A stretch of DNA of 64,000 nucleotides from Omnitrophica WOR_2 bacterium RIFOXYA2_FULL_38_17. GTDB taxonomy: Bacteria > Omnitrophota > Gorgyraeia > Zapsychrales > Zapsychraceae. Position numbers and translations under genes: made by a program. The notes under the pieces were generated by a model that was not told the origin of the DNA, ran no database searches, and saw nothing but the letters and a program-made list of their open reading frames with translations. The stretch lies in the NCBI GenBank assembly GCA_001805965.1, contig MHHG01000055.1, positions 3,680 to 67,679 of the forward strand. Reading direction: 5' to 3'. This document shows, one piece after another, positions 8,747-19,189 of the stretch (the stretch's first letter is position 1; the number at the start of each line of letters is the position of its first letter).

Positions 8747-9376
8747 TTACCTTGAATAAAGCTCTACGATCAACTGCTCATTAACTGGAAAACCAATATC
8801 CTCACGTTGTGGCAGCCTTACAACCTTTGCCTTGAAATGTGCTTTATCTACCTCAAGCCAACCAGGAACACTGCGATCTTTTGTAAGCTCAATATTATCT
8901 TTTACATTTTGCTGACCTTTAGTCGTAAAACGGACAGCTACTTCATCATTATCTTTAACTAAAAATGATGGAATATTAACTTTTCTATCATTAACATAAA
9001 CATAGCCATGTCCAACCAATTGCCGTGCTTGTCGTCTTGAAGTACAATATCCTGCTTGAAAGATAACATTGTCTATGCGTCTTTCTAAAAACTGCAATAA
9101 AATTGACCCCGTAATACCTTTTTTCCTTGTTGCCTTGGCAAAATAACTTCTAAACTGCTTTTCAAAAAGCCCATAGATCCTTTTAACTTTTTGCTTTTCG
9201 CGCAACTGAAGACCATAGTTAGATAATTTCACTCTTCTAGCCTTAGCGCCCTCTCCTGGAGCATAACTTCTTCTATCAAAAGCACAGCGATACGTAGAGC
9301 ACCTTGTGCCTTTCAAAAAAAGTTTTTCACCTTCCCGCCTACACAATCGGCAACTTGACCCGATATATTTTCCCAT
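8747..9376 (-). CDS. rpsD: 30S ribosomal protein S4
   Basis: MGKYIGSSCRLCRREGEKLFLKG... with the S4 zinc-finger-like N-terminus and an S4 domain. Confidence 0.95.
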   Translation of the reverse strand: MGKYIGSSCRLCRREGEKLFLKGTRCSTYRCAFDRRSYAPGEGAKARRVKLSNYGLQLREKQKVKRIYGLFEKQFRSYFAKATRKKGITGSILLQFLERRIDNVIFQAGYCTSRRQARQLVGHGYVYVNDRKVNIPSFLVKDNDEVAVRFTTKGQQNVKDNIELTKDRSVPGWLEVDKAHFKAKVVRLPQREDIGFPVNEQLIVELYSR

Positions 9377-9391
9377 AAATTTCCCCTTCTT

Positions 9392-9790
9392 TTACACCCT
9401 ACGTTTTTTTCTTGGACGACATCCATTATGCGGTAAAGGTGTAATATCCTTTATTGAAGTCACCAATAATCCATTTGCTTGCAATGCTCTAATTGCAGAT
9501 TCTCTGCCAGACCCAGGTCCCTTAACCAGAACTTCCACTGTCTTAATGCCTAATTCCTTTGCCTTCTTTGCAGCATCTGAACTAGCTAGCTGAGCAGCAA
9601 ATGGGGTAGATTTTTTTGATCCGTTAAATCCGACAACTCCTGGCGTTGACCAAACTATTACATTTCCTTGAGTATCTGTAATAGCAATTGATGTATTATT
9701 AAATGTTGATTTAATATGAACGACTCCAGAAGTTACCCCTTTTAATGCCTTCTTTTTAGCCTTATCTTTACGCTTAATTTCCTTTGCCAT
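9392..9790 (-). CDS. rpsK: 30S ribosomal protein S11
   Basis: The 132-aa ORF has the conserved S11 core ([12 protein letters not shown]...). Confidence 0.95.
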   Translation of the reverse strand: MAKEIKRKDKAKKKALKGVTSGVVHIKSTFNNTSIAITDTQGNVIVWSTPGVVGFNGSKKSTPFAAQLASSDAAKKAKELGIKTVEVLVKGPGSGRESAIRALQANGLLVTSIKDITPLPHNGCRPRKKRRV

Positions 9791-9810
9791 TTAAAATCCT
9801 TTTTATTTTA

Positions 9811-10185
9811 TTATTTTGTAGTCTTCTTGCCACCGACAGATGGTTTTTTACCTTTTCTAACACGTGCATTTGTTTTTGTACGTTGCCCCCTTACCGGAAG
9901 GCCTTTTCGATGGCGCATTCCTCGATAAGTTCCGATATCAACATGCCTCTTCACATTCTGGCTGACATCCCTTCGAAGGTCACCTTCTATAATATAATTA
10001 TTCTGAATTATTGATGTTATGCGGGCTATTTCCTCGTCAGAAAGATCCTTCGCTCTTCTATTAACATCAATATTTGCTTCCTTTAAAATATCCAAGGTAT
10101 TAGCAGGACCAACCCCATAAATATATGGCAAAGCTGCCTCAATTCTCTTTTCCTTTGGAATATCAACACCTAAAATTCTTGGCAT
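9811..10185 (-). CDS. rpsM: 30S ribosomal protein S13
   Basis: MPRILGVDIPKEKRIEAALPYIYGVG... is a canonical S13 N-terminus. Confidence 0.95.
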   Translation of the reverse strand: MPRILGVDIPKEKRIEAALPYIYGVGPANTLDILKEANIDVNRRAKDLSDEEIARITSIIQNNYIIEGDLRRDVSQNVKRHVDIGTYRGMRHRKGLPVRGQRTKTNARVRKGKKPSVGGKKTTK

Positions 10186-10189
10186 AATC

Positions 10190-10303
10190 TTACCCTTGTC
10201 TTTGTTTATGTTTTGGATTTATGCAAATTACACGAACAACACCTTTTCTCCGAACAACTTTGCAATTGCTGCATACTCTTTTTATAGATGATTTTACTTT
10301 CAT
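10190..10303 (-). CDS. rpmJ: 50S ribosomal protein L36 (zinc-ribbon type)
   Basis: This gene is not in the ORF track. Manual translation gives [37 protein letters not shown] (37 aa) with a C-x2-C...C...H motif, located between infA and rpsM as expected. Confidence 0.85.
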   Translation of the reverse strand: MKVKSSIKRVCSNCKVVRRKGVVRVICINPKHKQRQG

Positions 10304-10305
10304 GT

Positions 10306-10524
10306 TTACTTATTCCTGTATGTTATTCTTCCTCTTGTTAAATCATAGGGAGAAAGCTCTACTTTTACTTTGTCCCCTGGAAGAATCCTTATAAAATGTT
10401 TTCTGATTTTCCCTGAAATATGTGCTTGAACAATGTGCCCATTTTCTAACTCTACTCGAAACTTAGCATTTGGAAGGGCTTCTTTTACTATGCCTTCAAC
10501 TTCTATAAGATCTTCTTTAACCAT
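10306..10524 (-). CDS. infA: Translation initiation factor IF-1
   Basis: The 72-aa ORF ([32 protein letters not shown]...) is an S1-like OB fold. Confidence 0.95.
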   Translation of the reverse strand: MVKEDLIEVEGIVKEALPNAKFRVELENGHIVQAHISGKIRKHFIRILPGDKVKVELSPYDLTRGRITYRNK

Positions 10525-10525
10525 G

Positions 10526-11284
10526 TTACCTCGTTAATATTTCAGGCTTTTCTTTTGTTACTACAATTGAATGCTCAAAATGCGCTGACGGCTTTCCATC
10601 TTTTGTTACAACTGTCCATCCGTCGTTTAAAATCTTCGTGCGCCAGTCTCCAATATTCACCATTGGCTCAATAGCTAATACCATCCCTGATTTCAAAACA
10701 GGACCATTATTTGGCTCGCCAAAATTAGGTATCTCAGGATCTTCATGCAACTGCTTACCAATGCCATGACCTACAAATTCTCTGACAACTGAATAATTGT
10801 TCCCTTCAACATATGATTGAATAGCATGTGAAACATCTGAAAGATGATTGTTCTCTTTTGCTTGTTCAATCCCCCTGTAAAGAGATTCCTTTGTTACATC
10901 AATCAATCTTTGGAACTCGGGGTCAATATTACCTATTCCTGCAGTAACAGCCATATCAGAATAATACCCTTTGTAAATAATCCCAACATCCAAACTAACT
11001 ATATCTCCATTTTCCAGCTTGCGTTTAGAAGGTATTCCATGAACAACTTCATCATTAATAGAAACGCAAACACAACTAGGAAAACCCCTATAGCCTTTGA
11101 ATGCGGGGACAACATCATATTCCTTTATTAGAATCTCTGCAAGTGCATCAATTTCTTGAGTTGAAATTCCAGTTTTTAAAGAGCATTTTAATTCTTTTAC
11201 AATAGCTGATAATCTTTTCCCAGCTTCCCTAAGAAGCACTAGTTCTTCGCCAGTCTTTATTCCGATCTTATTACCTTGATCCAT
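10526..11284 (-). CDS. map: Methionine aminopeptidase type I
   Basis: The 252-aa ORF has the conserved metal ligands and motifs of MetAP-I. Confidence 0.9.
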   Translation of the reverse strand: MDQGNKIGIKTGEELVLLREAGKRLSAIVKELKCSLKTGISTQEIDALAEILIKEYDVVPAFKGYRGFPSCVCVSINDEVVHGIPSKRKLENGDIVSLDVGIIYKGYYSDMAVTAGIGNIDPEFQRLIDVTKESLYRGIEQAKENNHLSDVSHAIQSYVEGNNYSVVREFVGHGIGKQLHEDPEIPNFGEPNNGPVLKSGMVLAIEPMVNIGDWRTKILNDGWTVVTKDGKPSAHFEHSIVVTKEKPEILTR

Positions 11285-11924
11285 TAAATATATTTAGCGC
11301 ATCCTCTTTAACTTCTTGAGAATCTTTATCAGCATTAACCTTCTTTAATTTATTTTGTCCTTCATAAAAACTAATTATCGGGGCAGTGCTGTCAGTATAA
11401 ACTTTCATACGGTTCTTGATCGTTTCTTCATTATCATCTGCACGCTGATATATCTCTCCACCACAGGAATCACAAACCCCGTCTTTTTTTGATGGCATAT
11501 TGACAATATGATATATCTTTCCGCAACCTCTGCAAACTCTTCTCCCGGTTAGTCGAGCTAAAATCGTACCTAAAGTTGCTTCCATATATAAAGCACAATC
11601 AATCGGCATTCCCAGCTTATCTAAGATATTATCTAAATCCTTAGCTTGATTTACTGTTCTAGGATAACCATCCAGCATAAAACCATCTTTAGCCCTACTA
11701 TCATTAGTCAACTTATTTTTAATAAGCTTTGTAACAACTTCATCAGGCACCAAACCACCTGATTCAATGAATTTTTTTGCTTCTTGTCCTAATGGGGTAT
11801 TAGCCTTGAGCTCTTCTCTAAGAATATCTCCCGTTGAAACATGCAAAACACCTAAAGTATCCTTCAAGACACCTGCTAGTGTTCCTTTTCCTGCCCCTGG
11901 AGGTCCAAGCAATACTATTCTCAT
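11271..11924 (-). CDS. adk: Adenylate kinase (Zn-binding LID with CxxC...CxxC)
   Basis: MRIVLLGPPGAGKGT P-loop and a LID domain with CRGCG...CDSCGG. Confidence 0.9.
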   Translation of the reverse strand: MRIVLLGPPGAGKGTLAGVLKDTLGVLHVSTGDILREELKANTPLGQEAKKFIESGGLVPDEVVTKLIKNKLTNDSRAKDGFMLDGYPRTVNQAKDLDNILDKLGMPIDCALYMEATLGTILARLTGRRVCRGCGKIYHIVNMPSKKDGVCDSCGGEIYQRADDNEETIKNRMKVYTDSTAPIISFYEGQNKLKKVNADKDSQEVKEDALNIFNGSR

Positions 11925-13270
11925 CTTCTTCCCCTTATTTGACCCGATTTCATAAACCCATCATAATGGCGCATAACAAGGTGTGACTCAATCTGTTTCA
12001 TAGTATCAAGCATGACCCCTACAGTGATCAAAACACCAGTGCCTCCAAAAAATGAAGCGACTAAATACGGAACTTTAAATGAAGCCATTATTGCATCAGG
12101 CATAATAGCAATAGCACAAATAAATAAAGCCCCTGTCAAAGTAATTCGTGTCATAACAAAATCTAAATAATCTGCCGTCTGCGCTCCAGGCCTAACACCA
12201 GGAATAAAACCACCATGCTTCTTCATATTTTCAGCAACTTCAAGAGGATTAAAAACGATTGCTGTATAAAAATAGCAAAAGAAGACTATAAATAATCCAT
12301 AGATAATATAATAAACAGCATGTCCTCTTTGAATATAACTAGCAAACGCTTGAAAACCTTGATTAGGTATAAAACTTGCCAAAGTCGCCGGAAACAAAAT
12401 AATAGACTGAGCAAAAATAATAGCAATAACACCAGCCGTATCTACTTTTAAAGGTATATACGTGCTCTGGCCGCCATATACTTTTCTTCCAACAATACGC
12501 CTTGCATATTGTACTGGTATCTTTCTTTGTGCTTGTGTTATCAAAGTAATTGAAATTATTACACCTAGCAAAAATATAACCATAATAACAAGTGTGAACG
12601 GCTGTAACTGAACTGCTCCGCCTGTTTGTGGTGATAAAAGTTTAACCAACATAGCAAGAGCAGAAGGTGCTTCAGAAATAATACCCGCAGTAATTATCAA
12701 AGAAATACCATTGCCTATTCCCTTTTCCTGGATCTGTTCTCCTAGCCACATTAATAATAATGTACCTGCAGATAATGTAACCATAGTCGTAAAGATGAAC
12801 TGTACCCCGGCACTACTGCTTACTACTTCAAAACCGCTGAAGGTTTGTGGGCTTTTAAGCCAAAGAGCAATAAAAAACGATTGTATCGTAGCTAATCCCA
12901 GCGTTCCATAACGAGTATACTGATTTATTTTATGATAACCAGCTTGTCCTTCTTTAGATAATTTCTCTAAAGCAGGGATAACCGCTGTTAATAACTGCAT
13001 TATGATTGAGCTAGAAATATACGGCATAATCCCTAAAGAAAATACCGTCATCTTCTGCATTGCTCCGCCTGAAAACATATTCATAATGCTGAAAATGCTT
13101 CCGCTTGCAGAAGAAGTAATCGACTGAAAATACCTTGCCAGCTCAGCACCATTTACGCCTGGAGTCGGAAGATAACATCCAACTCTATAAGCAGCAATAA
13201 TTGCTAATGTGAAAAGGATCTTCTTCTTTAATTCTGGAATTTTAAAACAATTTGCAAAAGCAGCTAACAT
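11921..13270 (-). CDS. secY: Preprotein translocase subunit SecY
   Basis: The 449-aa polytopic ORF has the conserved SecY signature. It sits at the end of the spc operon before adk. Confidence 0.95.
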   Translation of the reverse strand: MLAAFANCFKIPELKKKILFTLAIIAAYRVGCYLPTPGVNGAELARYFQSITSSASGSIFSIMNMFSGGAMQKMTVFSLGIMPYISSSIIMQLLTAVIPALEKLSKEGQAGYHKINQYTRYGTLGLATIQSFFIALWLKSPQTFSGFEVVSSSAGVQFIFTTMVTLSAGTLLLMWLGEQIQEKGIGNGISLIITAGIISEAPSALAMLVKLLSPQTGGAVQLQPFTLVIMVIFLLGVIISITLITQAQRKIPVQYARRIVGRKVYGGQSTYIPLKVDTAGVIAIIFAQSIILFPATLASFIPNQGFQAFASYIQRGHAVYYIIYGLFIVFFCYFYTAIVFNPLEVAENMKKHGGFIPGVRPGAQTADYLDFVMTRITLTGALFICAIAIMPDAIMASFKVPYLVASFFGGTGVLITVGVMLDTMKQIESHLVMRHYDGFMKSGQIRGRR

Positions 13271-13273
13271 ATA

Positions 13274-13759
13274 TTAAATTTGTTTCTTTGGTGTTTTTTT
13301 CTCTTTTTGAGAAACTTTTTCTTCAACCTCGATCTTGCCACCAGCTTTTTCAATTTTCTCTTTTGCTGACTTGGATATGCTCTTTATTTTAATAACAAGG
13401 GGTTTATTTATTTCGCCATTATCTAAAATCTTTACCGGCTTATAACGGCTATTGATCAAACCCTGCGCTTTCAAAGAATTAGCATCAACAACAGCATCTT
13501 TTGCAAACCTATTCAAGCTCTCTAAGCTTACAACCTGGTTTAAAATAGGCCTCTTGCTCCTAAATCCAACCTTTGGAAGTCGGCGAATAAGAGGCATCTG
13601 CCCACCTTCGGAAGAGGATAAGCTCCATCTACCTGAACGAGATCTTTGTCCATTCTCTCCACGGCCACTCGTTTTTCCACGCCCAGAACCTTTACCCCGG
13701 CCAATTATTCTTTTTTTCTTTCTTGAACCTTTTGGAGATTTTAATTCATGTAATTGCAT
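13274..13759 (-). CDS. rplO: 50S ribosomal protein L15 (K-rich C-terminal tail)
   Basis: Gly/Arg-rich L15 N-terminus (GRGKGSGRGKTSGRG), 161 aa. Confidence 0.9.
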   Translation of the reverse strand: MQLHELKSPKGSRKKKRIIGRGKGSGRGKTSGRGENGQRSRSGRWSLSSSEGGQMPLIRRLPKVGFRSKRPILNQVVSLESLNRFAKDAVVDANSLKAQGLINSRYKPVKILDNGEINKPLVIKIKSISKSAKEKIEKAGGKIEVEEKVSQKEKKTPKKQI

Positions 13760-13788
13760 TTATTACTTAACCTTTGTAAAATTAAAAA

Positions 13789-14433
13789 TTATTTTTTAAA
13801 CTTCAATCTACTTAATCCATCAAATGTTGCTTTCACAACATTAATTGGGTTATTAGATCTGTGGCATTTCGTCAAAATATTATGTATTCCTGCCCCGTCG
13901 CAAACAGCTCTTACCGGACCTGCTGCAATAACACCAGTTCCTTCAGATGCAGGCTTCAAAAGAACTCTAGCCCCTGAACACTGTCCTATTATTTCATGAG
14001 GGATCGTTGTCCCTTTCATCGGGACCTTGATCATGTTCTTTTTTGCTACGATCATAGCTTTTTTTATAGCTATAGCTACTTCCTTAGCTTTAGATAAACT
14101 ATACCCTACATTACCTTTTGCATCTCCCACAACTACTAGAGCACTAAATGATAATTTCTTTCCACCCTTTGTTACTTTTGTAATCCTGTTGATAGAAATG
14201 ACCTTTTCCATCATTTCAGAACTACCATAATCTTTTAATACTTCACTTATTTTTTTGACATCAATTGAATCATCCTTGGATAAGTCTATTTTGTCGTCAA
14301 AAACAGCTTCTTCAAAAACATCAACATCAACTGCATCAGCAATCTCGTGCTCAGCTTTTATTTCAACAGCATCATTATTAACTTTATCTTCTACTTCTTT
14401 TATTTCTTTATTTTCTTCGTTTGGCTTATTCAT
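13789..14433 (-). CDS. rpsE: 30S ribosomal protein S5 (with ~70-aa acidic N-terminal extension if the long start is used)
   Basis: The S5 core [29 protein letters not shown] is present. The long ORF starts 5 nt after the rplR stop. Confidence 0.9.
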   Translation of the reverse strand: MNKPNEENKEIKEVEDKVNNDAVEIKAEHEIADAVDVDVFEEAVFDDKIDLSKDDSIDVKKISEVLKDYGSSEMMEKVISINRITKVTKGGKKLSFSALVVVGDAKGNVGYSLSKAKEVAIAIKKAMIVAKKNMIKVPMKGTTIPHEIIGQCSGARVLLKPASEGTGVIAAGPVRAVCDGAGIHNILTKCHRSNNPINVVKATFDGLSRLKFKK

Positions 14434-14438
14434 AATAA

Positions 14439-14807
14439 TTAAAACTCCATTCCACCTTTGCGTAAAGACTCAGCAAAGGCCTTCACTCGACCATGATATA
14501 AATAACCACCTCTATCAAAACATACTTTCTTGATTCCTTTTTTCTGCGCTTCTGCTGCAAATGATTCACCCAGTAAAGATGCAGCATCAATATTCCCACC
14601 GTTTTTTATTTTGCCGCGCACTTCTTTATTCAATGTTGACATTCCAAATAGGACTTTACCGCTAGAATCATCAACAACTTGCACAAAAAAATTCTTCAAA
14701 CTTCGATGCACGCATAATCTTGGCTGTTCAGTTGTTCCAACAACTTTTTTGCGTGTTCTTTGATGCCTATAAACTCTTTTTAATTCTTTTAATTTTGTAT
14801 TATCCAT
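14439..14807 (-). CDS. rplR: 50S ribosomal protein L18
   Basis: The 122-aa ORF has the L18 core. Confidence 0.9.
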   Translation of the reverse strand: MDNTKLKELKRVYRHQRTRKKVVGTTEQPRLCVHRSLKNFFVQVVDDSSGKVLFGMSTLNKEVRGKIKNGGNIDAASLLGESFAAEAQKKGIKKVCFDRGGYLYHGRVKAFAESLRKGGMEF

Positions 14808-14813
14808 AATATT

Positions 14814-15353
14814 TTATTTAGATACCGATTTTCCTTGTTTCCTTCTGACAATTTCGCCCACATACCTAATCCCTTTTCCCTTATAAGGCTCAACAGGCTT
14901 TAAGGCCCGAATTTTTGCTGCTTCCTGACCAACTCTCGCATTATCAGGGCCTTCAATTACAACACTAGTTGGATTAGGCAGACTAACTTTCACATCTCCA
15001 GGAATTTGATACTCAACAGGATGACTAAAGCCTAACCCGAAAACTATCTTCTTGCCTTCAAGTTGCGCTCTAAAACCTATTCCCTGTATCTCTAGATCTT
15101 TTTTATGGCCTGCTGTAACACCAACAACCATGTTTGATAAACAGGAGCGTATCGTTCCATGATTTGCGCGATTTTGCTTAACATTCGAAACTCTGTTTAC
15201 AACTAACTGATTCTCCACATGCTCAACTGTAATACCATGTGGAATATCCAAAGTTAATTTACCTTTTGGCCCTTCTAAAGAAATTTGACTTGGATCAATT
15301 TTTACTTTTACTTCTTTTGGAACACTAACTGGAGATTTACCTATTCTTGACAT
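14814..15353 (-). CDS. rplF: 50S ribosomal protein L6
   Basis: MSRIGKSPVSVPKEVKVKID... is a canonical L6. Confidence 0.95.
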   Translation of the reverse strand: MSRIGKSPVSVPKEVKVKIDPSQISLEGPKGKLTLDIPHGITVEHVENQLVVNRVSNVKQNRANHGTIRSCLSNMVVGVTAGHKKDLEIQGIGFRAQLEGKKIVFGLGFSHPVEYQIPGDVKVSLPNPTSVVIEGPDNARVGQEAAKIRALKPVEPYKGKGIRYVGEIVRRKQGKSVSK

Positions 15354-15368
15354 AATATACCTTAATTA

Positions 15369-15764
15369 TTACCAAATATAACATAAGACTTCGCCGCCAA
15401 TTTTTTCTTTTCGAGCAGCCCGACATGTCATAACACCTTTTGATGTAGAAACAACTGCTGTCCCCAAACCATTTATAACTCTTGGAAGTTTATCGTGCTG
15501 AACATAAACTCTTAGACCTGGTTTAGAAATTCTTTTTATTCCAACAACAACAGGCTTGTTATTATCATATTTTAAATAAATTTTATAACTACCCTGAACA
15601 CTGTCTTTCATTAACTTAAAATCCTCAAGATAACCATCTTCCTTAAAAATTTCTAGTATTTTTCCAGCTGTTTTGGATGCTGGAACATCAACAGTTTCTT
15701 TTCTTGCTTGATAAGCATTTCTGATATTCGTTAACAAATTACTAATTGGATCGTTTAATGACAT
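15369..15764 (-). CDS. rpsH: 30S ribosomal protein S8
   Basis: MSLNDPISNLLTNIRNA... is a canonical S8. Confidence 0.95.
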   Translation of the reverse strand: MSLNDPISNLLTNIRNAYQARKETVDVPASKTAGKILEIFKEDGYLEDFKLMKDSVQGSYKIYLKYDNNKPVVVGIKRISKPGLRVYVQHDKLPRVINGLGTAVVSTSKGVMTCRAARKEKIGGEVLCYIW

Positions 15765-15783
15765 ATATTTAAGTCCCCTTTAA

Positions 15784-15969
15784 TTACCAACTTGCCTTTT
15801 TGACTCCAGGAATCTCACCCTTCCAAGCAAGCTCCCTAAAACAAATTCGACAAACACCAAATCTTCTATAATAACCTTTCGGTCTTCCACACAATTTACA
15901 TCTATTATGTTGCCTTGTAGAAAACTTAGGCGGTCTTTTCGATTTAACTATTAATCCTGTTTTTGCCAT
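15784..15969 (-). CDS. rpsZ: 30S ribosomal protein S14 type Z (zinc-binding, 61 aa)
   Basis: [23 protein letters not shown] gives the C-x2-C...C-x2-C zinc-ribbon S14. Confidence 0.9.
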   Translation of the reverse strand: MAKTGLIVKSKRPPKFSTRQHNRCKLCGRPKGYYRRFGVCRICFRELAWKGEIPGVKKASW

Positions 15970-15978
15970 AATTATCCT

Positions 15979-16524
15979 TTATTTCTTGCTGAAAGGCATA
16001 CCCATCAAACTCAGCACTTCAAGAGTTTGCTCTTGAGGCCCTTTGTTAAATACAATAGAAATATCCATACCTTGCGTATATTGAATCCTTCCTGGATCAA
16101 TTTCAGGAAATATTGATTGATCAGAAATACCAAAAGTATAATTTCCCTGTTTATCAAAAGAGTTCCGTGAAACACCATTAAAGTCACGAATTCTAGGGAG
16201 ACAAACATTGACGAGCCTTTCAAAAAACTCATACATCGTATCTCTGCGTAATGTGACTTTACATGCGATAGGAACATCTTCTCTTAACTTAAAATTTGAA
16301 ACAGCCTTTTTTGATTTGATAATAATAGGCTTTTGACCTGTAATTGTTGCTAAATCTTTAACTGCAGATTCTAAGGCTTTCATATCTGTTATTGCTTTTC
16401 CAACGCCCATGTTGACAACAATCTTTTCAAATTTTGGTACAGCCATAGTATTCTTAACACCAAATTTTTCTTTGATCTTTGGAACGATCTCTTCATTATA
16501 TTTTTTTTTCAAACTTGCAGTCAC
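15979..16524 (-). CDS. rplE: 50S ribosomal protein L5
   Basis: The 181-aa ORF has the conserved L5 core. Confidence 0.95.
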   Translation of the reverse strand: MTASLKKKYNEEIVPKIKEKFGVKNTMAVPKFEKIVVNMGVGKAITDMKALESAVKDLATITGQKPIIIKSKKAVSNFKLREDVPIACKVTLRRDTMYEFFERLVNVCLPRIRDFNGVSRNSFDKQGNYTFGISDQSIFPEIDPGRIQYTQGMDISIVFNKGPQEQTLEVLSLMGMPFSKK

Positions 16525-16525
16525 T

Positions 16526-16846
16526 TTAAATTACCTCACCACTTTTCTTACTGATTCTTACTTTTGACCCATCTTTCAATACTGAAACTCCAAAACGAGT
16601 AGGTTGATTTGTTTTTTTATCTACAAGCATAACATTTGAAATATGAATAGCCGATTCGATCTCAGAAATACCGCCTTGCTGGTCTTGCTGAGTTTTTCTT
16701 CTGGCCTTCTTAACCATATTGATATTTTCAACTATTAACCTGCTGTCTTTAGGAAAAACTTTAAGGACCTTGCCTGTCTTTCCTTTGTCTTTTCCTGCAA
16801 TTATAAACACTTGATCATTTTTTTTTATTGTTAACATCTTATACAA
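16526..16846 (-). CDS. rplX: 50S ribosomal protein L24
   Basis: KOW motif (IKKNDQVFIIAGKDKGKTGKV). Confidence 0.9.
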   Translation of the reverse strand: MYKMLTIKKNDQVFIIAGKDKGKTGKVLKVFPKDSRLIVENINMVKKARRKTQQDQQGGISEIESAIHISNVMLVDKKTNQPTRFGVSVLKDGSKVRISKKSGEVI

Positions 16847-17207
16847 CCTCTGGGGCTAACGAAATTATTTTCATATATTCCAAACTTCTTAATTCTCGAG
16901 CAACTGGTCCAAAAACACGCGTACCTCTTGGGTTTCCAGTATCATCTATTATTACAATAGCGTTACTATCAAAACGGACATAAGTACCATCAGATCTTCG
17001 TACCGGGAATTTGGTTCTAACAATAACTCCCTTTGCCTTTTCACCCTTTTTAATAGCTGCTTCCGGAGCAGACTCTTTAATGTTAACTCTGATAACATCT
17101 CCAATTTGTGCGTGACGTCTACCTTTACAATTCAACACACCAATCATTGAGGCTTTACGAGCTCCCGTATTATCTGCTACGTTCAAAATTGTTTTCATAT
17201 AAATCAT
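16839..17207 (-). CDS. rplN: 50S ribosomal protein L14
   Basis: LNVADNTGARK... is a canonical L14. The start may be M4. Confidence 0.95.
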   Translation of the reverse strand: MIYMKTILNVADNTGARKASMIGVLNCKGRRHAQIGDVIRVNIKESAPEAAIKKGEKAKGVIVRTKFPVRRSDGTYVRFDSNAIVIIDDTGNPRGTRVFGPVARELRSLEYMKIISLAPEVV

Positions 17208-17218
17208 GATATTACCTC

Positions 17219-17503
17219 TTAAGCTTCTTGTTCAGCGCCTACTTGCTTAACAATGCTGCAAATAATCCAGCGCTTATCTTTTGATAATGGACGAGTTTCC
17301 ATTATTTGCACAACATCACCAGTCTTAGATTCATTTTTTTCATCATGAGCTTTATACTTTGACGCAGCTCTAACAACTTTATTATACTTACTATGCTTCG
17401 TTGCCCATTTAACTTGAACAACACGAGTCTTATTCATTTTGTCGCTAGTTACAATCCCTTGAAGAAATTTTCTTCTATTCTGCCTCTTTGCCGTTTCGCT
17501 CAT
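17219..17503 (-). CDS. rpsQ: 30S ribosomal protein S17
   Basis: LQGIVTSDKMNKTRVVQV... is an S17 OB fold. Confidence 0.9.
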   Translation of the reverse strand: MSETAKRQNRRKFLQGIVTSDKMNKTRVVQVKWATKHSKYNKVVRAASKYKAHDEKNESKTGDVVQIMETRPLSKDKRWIICSIVKQVGAEQEA

Positions 17504-17693
17504 TCTCTAATTCTCTTTCTTTTAATATAGTAAATATTTTTGCAATATTTCTTTTTAGCTCTCTAAAATGGGCAGGCTTTTCCACAACGCCCATTTTCCT
17601 TTGATAATTGAGATCAAAAATATCTTTTTTAAAAGATTTTTCTTTCTGAATCAATTCTTCTGAACTTAATATTCTTAAATCTTTAATCTTCAT
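17475..17693 (-). CDS. rpmC: 50S ribosomal protein L29
   Basis: The 72-aa helical ORF (MKIKDLRILSSEELIQKEKSFKKDIFDLNYQ) overlaps rpsQ by 29 nt. Confidence 0.85.
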   Translation of the reverse strand: MKIKDLRILSSEELIQKEKSFKKDIFDLNYQRKMGVVEKPAHFRELKRNIAKIFTILKERELENERNGKEAE

Positions 17694-18109
17694 TAATGAC
17701 CAATCCTCGTTACAAATTTTGTCTTAATAGGCAATTTAAAAGAAACTATTCTTAACACTGTTTTTGCAAATTCTTCTGGAACACCACTCATCTCAAAAAT
17801 AACCTTTCCACGCTTTACAGGCGAAACCCAATGACTTACATCACCTTTTCCCTTACCCATTCTAACTTCAGCAGGCTTTTTTGTAACAGGCTTATGTGGA
17901 AAAATATTTATCCAGAGCTTTCCAACACCTTTCATTTTTCTCGCAACAACTATACGACAAGCTTCAATATGAGTTGCTTTAATAAAACCATTTTCTAGCG
18001 CCTTGATGCCATATTCGCCAAAATGGATCTTGTTTCCAGCAGTTGCAATCCCTCTGTTCTTGCCTTTCTGGGCTTTTCTATACTTAACTTTTCTAGGCAT
18101 TAAAACCAT
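17693..18109 (-). CDS. rplP: 50S ribosomal protein L16
   Basis: MPRKVKYRKAQKGKNRG... is a canonical L16. Confidence 0.95.
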   Translation of the reverse strand: MVLMPRKVKYRKAQKGKNRGIATAGNKIHFGEYGIKALENGFIKATHIEACRIVVARKMKGVGKLWINIFPHKPVTKKPAEVRMGKGKGDVSHWVSPVKRGKVIFEMSGVPEEFAKTVLRIVSFKLPIKTKFVTRIGH

Positions 18110-18136
18110 TTTAAAAATTCTCCTGAAATCTAAAAA

Positions 18137-18805
18137 TTACTTTTGTTCGGTCTTATTCGCTTTCTGCCGATTAATTGTCTTAATAACTTCCCCTTTATTA
18201 ACCCATACTTTAATTCCCAGAAGACCATATGTAGTCTGAGCTTCTGCAAAACCATAATCAATCTGCGCTCTAAAAGTATGCAAAGGAAGCTTTCCTTCCT
18301 GATATGATTCTTGACGAGCCATTTCAACTCCGTTAAGTCTGCCTGAGCATTTTATTTTAATTCCCTTGGCGCCAGAATTCATTGCATTTTCAATAGCCCT
18401 CTTCATCGCTCTTCGAAAAGCAATACGTTTAGCTAGCTGAAAAGATACATTTTGGGCAATTAATTGAGCCTCTACATTAGGGTTCTTAATTTCACGAGGA
18501 TCAATAGCTACTTCTTTAGAAGAAATCTTTCCGAGCTCAGTCCTTAATTTATCAATATCTGCGCCTCTTCTTCCAATAATTACGCCAGGCCTAGCAGTAT
18601 AAATAATAATCTTTGTTTTATCTGCTAATCTTTCTATAACCACTTTCGCAACAGAGGCCTGTACAAATCTTTTTTTAATAAATTCTCTGATTTTGTAATC
18701 TTCAATTACATTTTTAGCAAATTCACTTTTATCTGCAAACCAAAGGCTTCTCCAGTTCTCAATGTATCCGATTCTTAATGCTAAAGGACTTACTTTTTGA
18801 CCCAC
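18137..18805 (-). CDS. rpsC: 30S ribosomal protein S3
   Basis: MGQKVSPLALRIGYIENWRS... with a KH domain. Confidence 0.95.
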   Translation of the reverse strand: MGQKVSPLALRIGYIENWRSLWFADKSEFAKNVIEDYKIREFIKKRFVQASVAKVVIERLADKTKIIIYTARPGVIIGRRGADIDKLRTELGKISSKEVAIDPREIKNPNVEAQLIAQNVSFQLAKRIAFRRAMKRAIENAMNSGAKGIKIKCSGRLNGVEMARQESYQEGKLPLHTFRAQIDYGFAEAQTTYGLLGIKVWVNKGEVIKTINRQKANKTEQK

Positions 18806-18817
18806 GTTATATCCCCT

Positions 18818-19153
18818 TTATTTCGTTATTAAATCTAATTCTATTAATAAATGTGTTGTTTTCTTTAAAATCCTTGTTGCCCTTCCAAAAGCAGCTGGTC
18901 TAAATCTCTTCCATGAAGGTCCTTGGTCAGCCTTGATCTTAGAAATATAAAGCTGGTCTTCCATGAGCCCTTTTTGCTTTGCATTGCTGATAGCTGAAAT
19001 TAAGATCTTACTTATCGTTCCCGTTTGGCCCTTATTAGTCTGCGCCAGGATTGCCAATGATGCAGAGACTTTTTTGCCTCTAATTAAGTCAATCACTTGC
19101 CTTACTTTTATAGGGGAAACTCTTATATAACTTCCTTTTGCTTGTGCTATCAT
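18818..19153 (-). CDS. rplV: 50S ribosomal protein L22
   Basis: The 111-aa ORF has the L22 core. Confidence 0.9.
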   Translation of the reverse strand: MIAQAKGSYIRVSPIKVRQVIDLIRGKKVSASLAILAQTNKGQTGTISKILISAISNAKQKGLMEDQLYISKIKADQGPSWKRFRPAAFGRATRILKKTTHLLIELDLITK

Positions 19154-19189
19154 AATTTTTTCTCTTGTAATAACTTTATCGATTAAGTT

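Noticed and set aside
18130-18327. 65-aa minus-strand ORF overlapping rpsC/rplP junction, and 16011..16277 within rplE
   Set aside because: They lie in alternative frames of conserved ribosomal protein genes and have no independent support.
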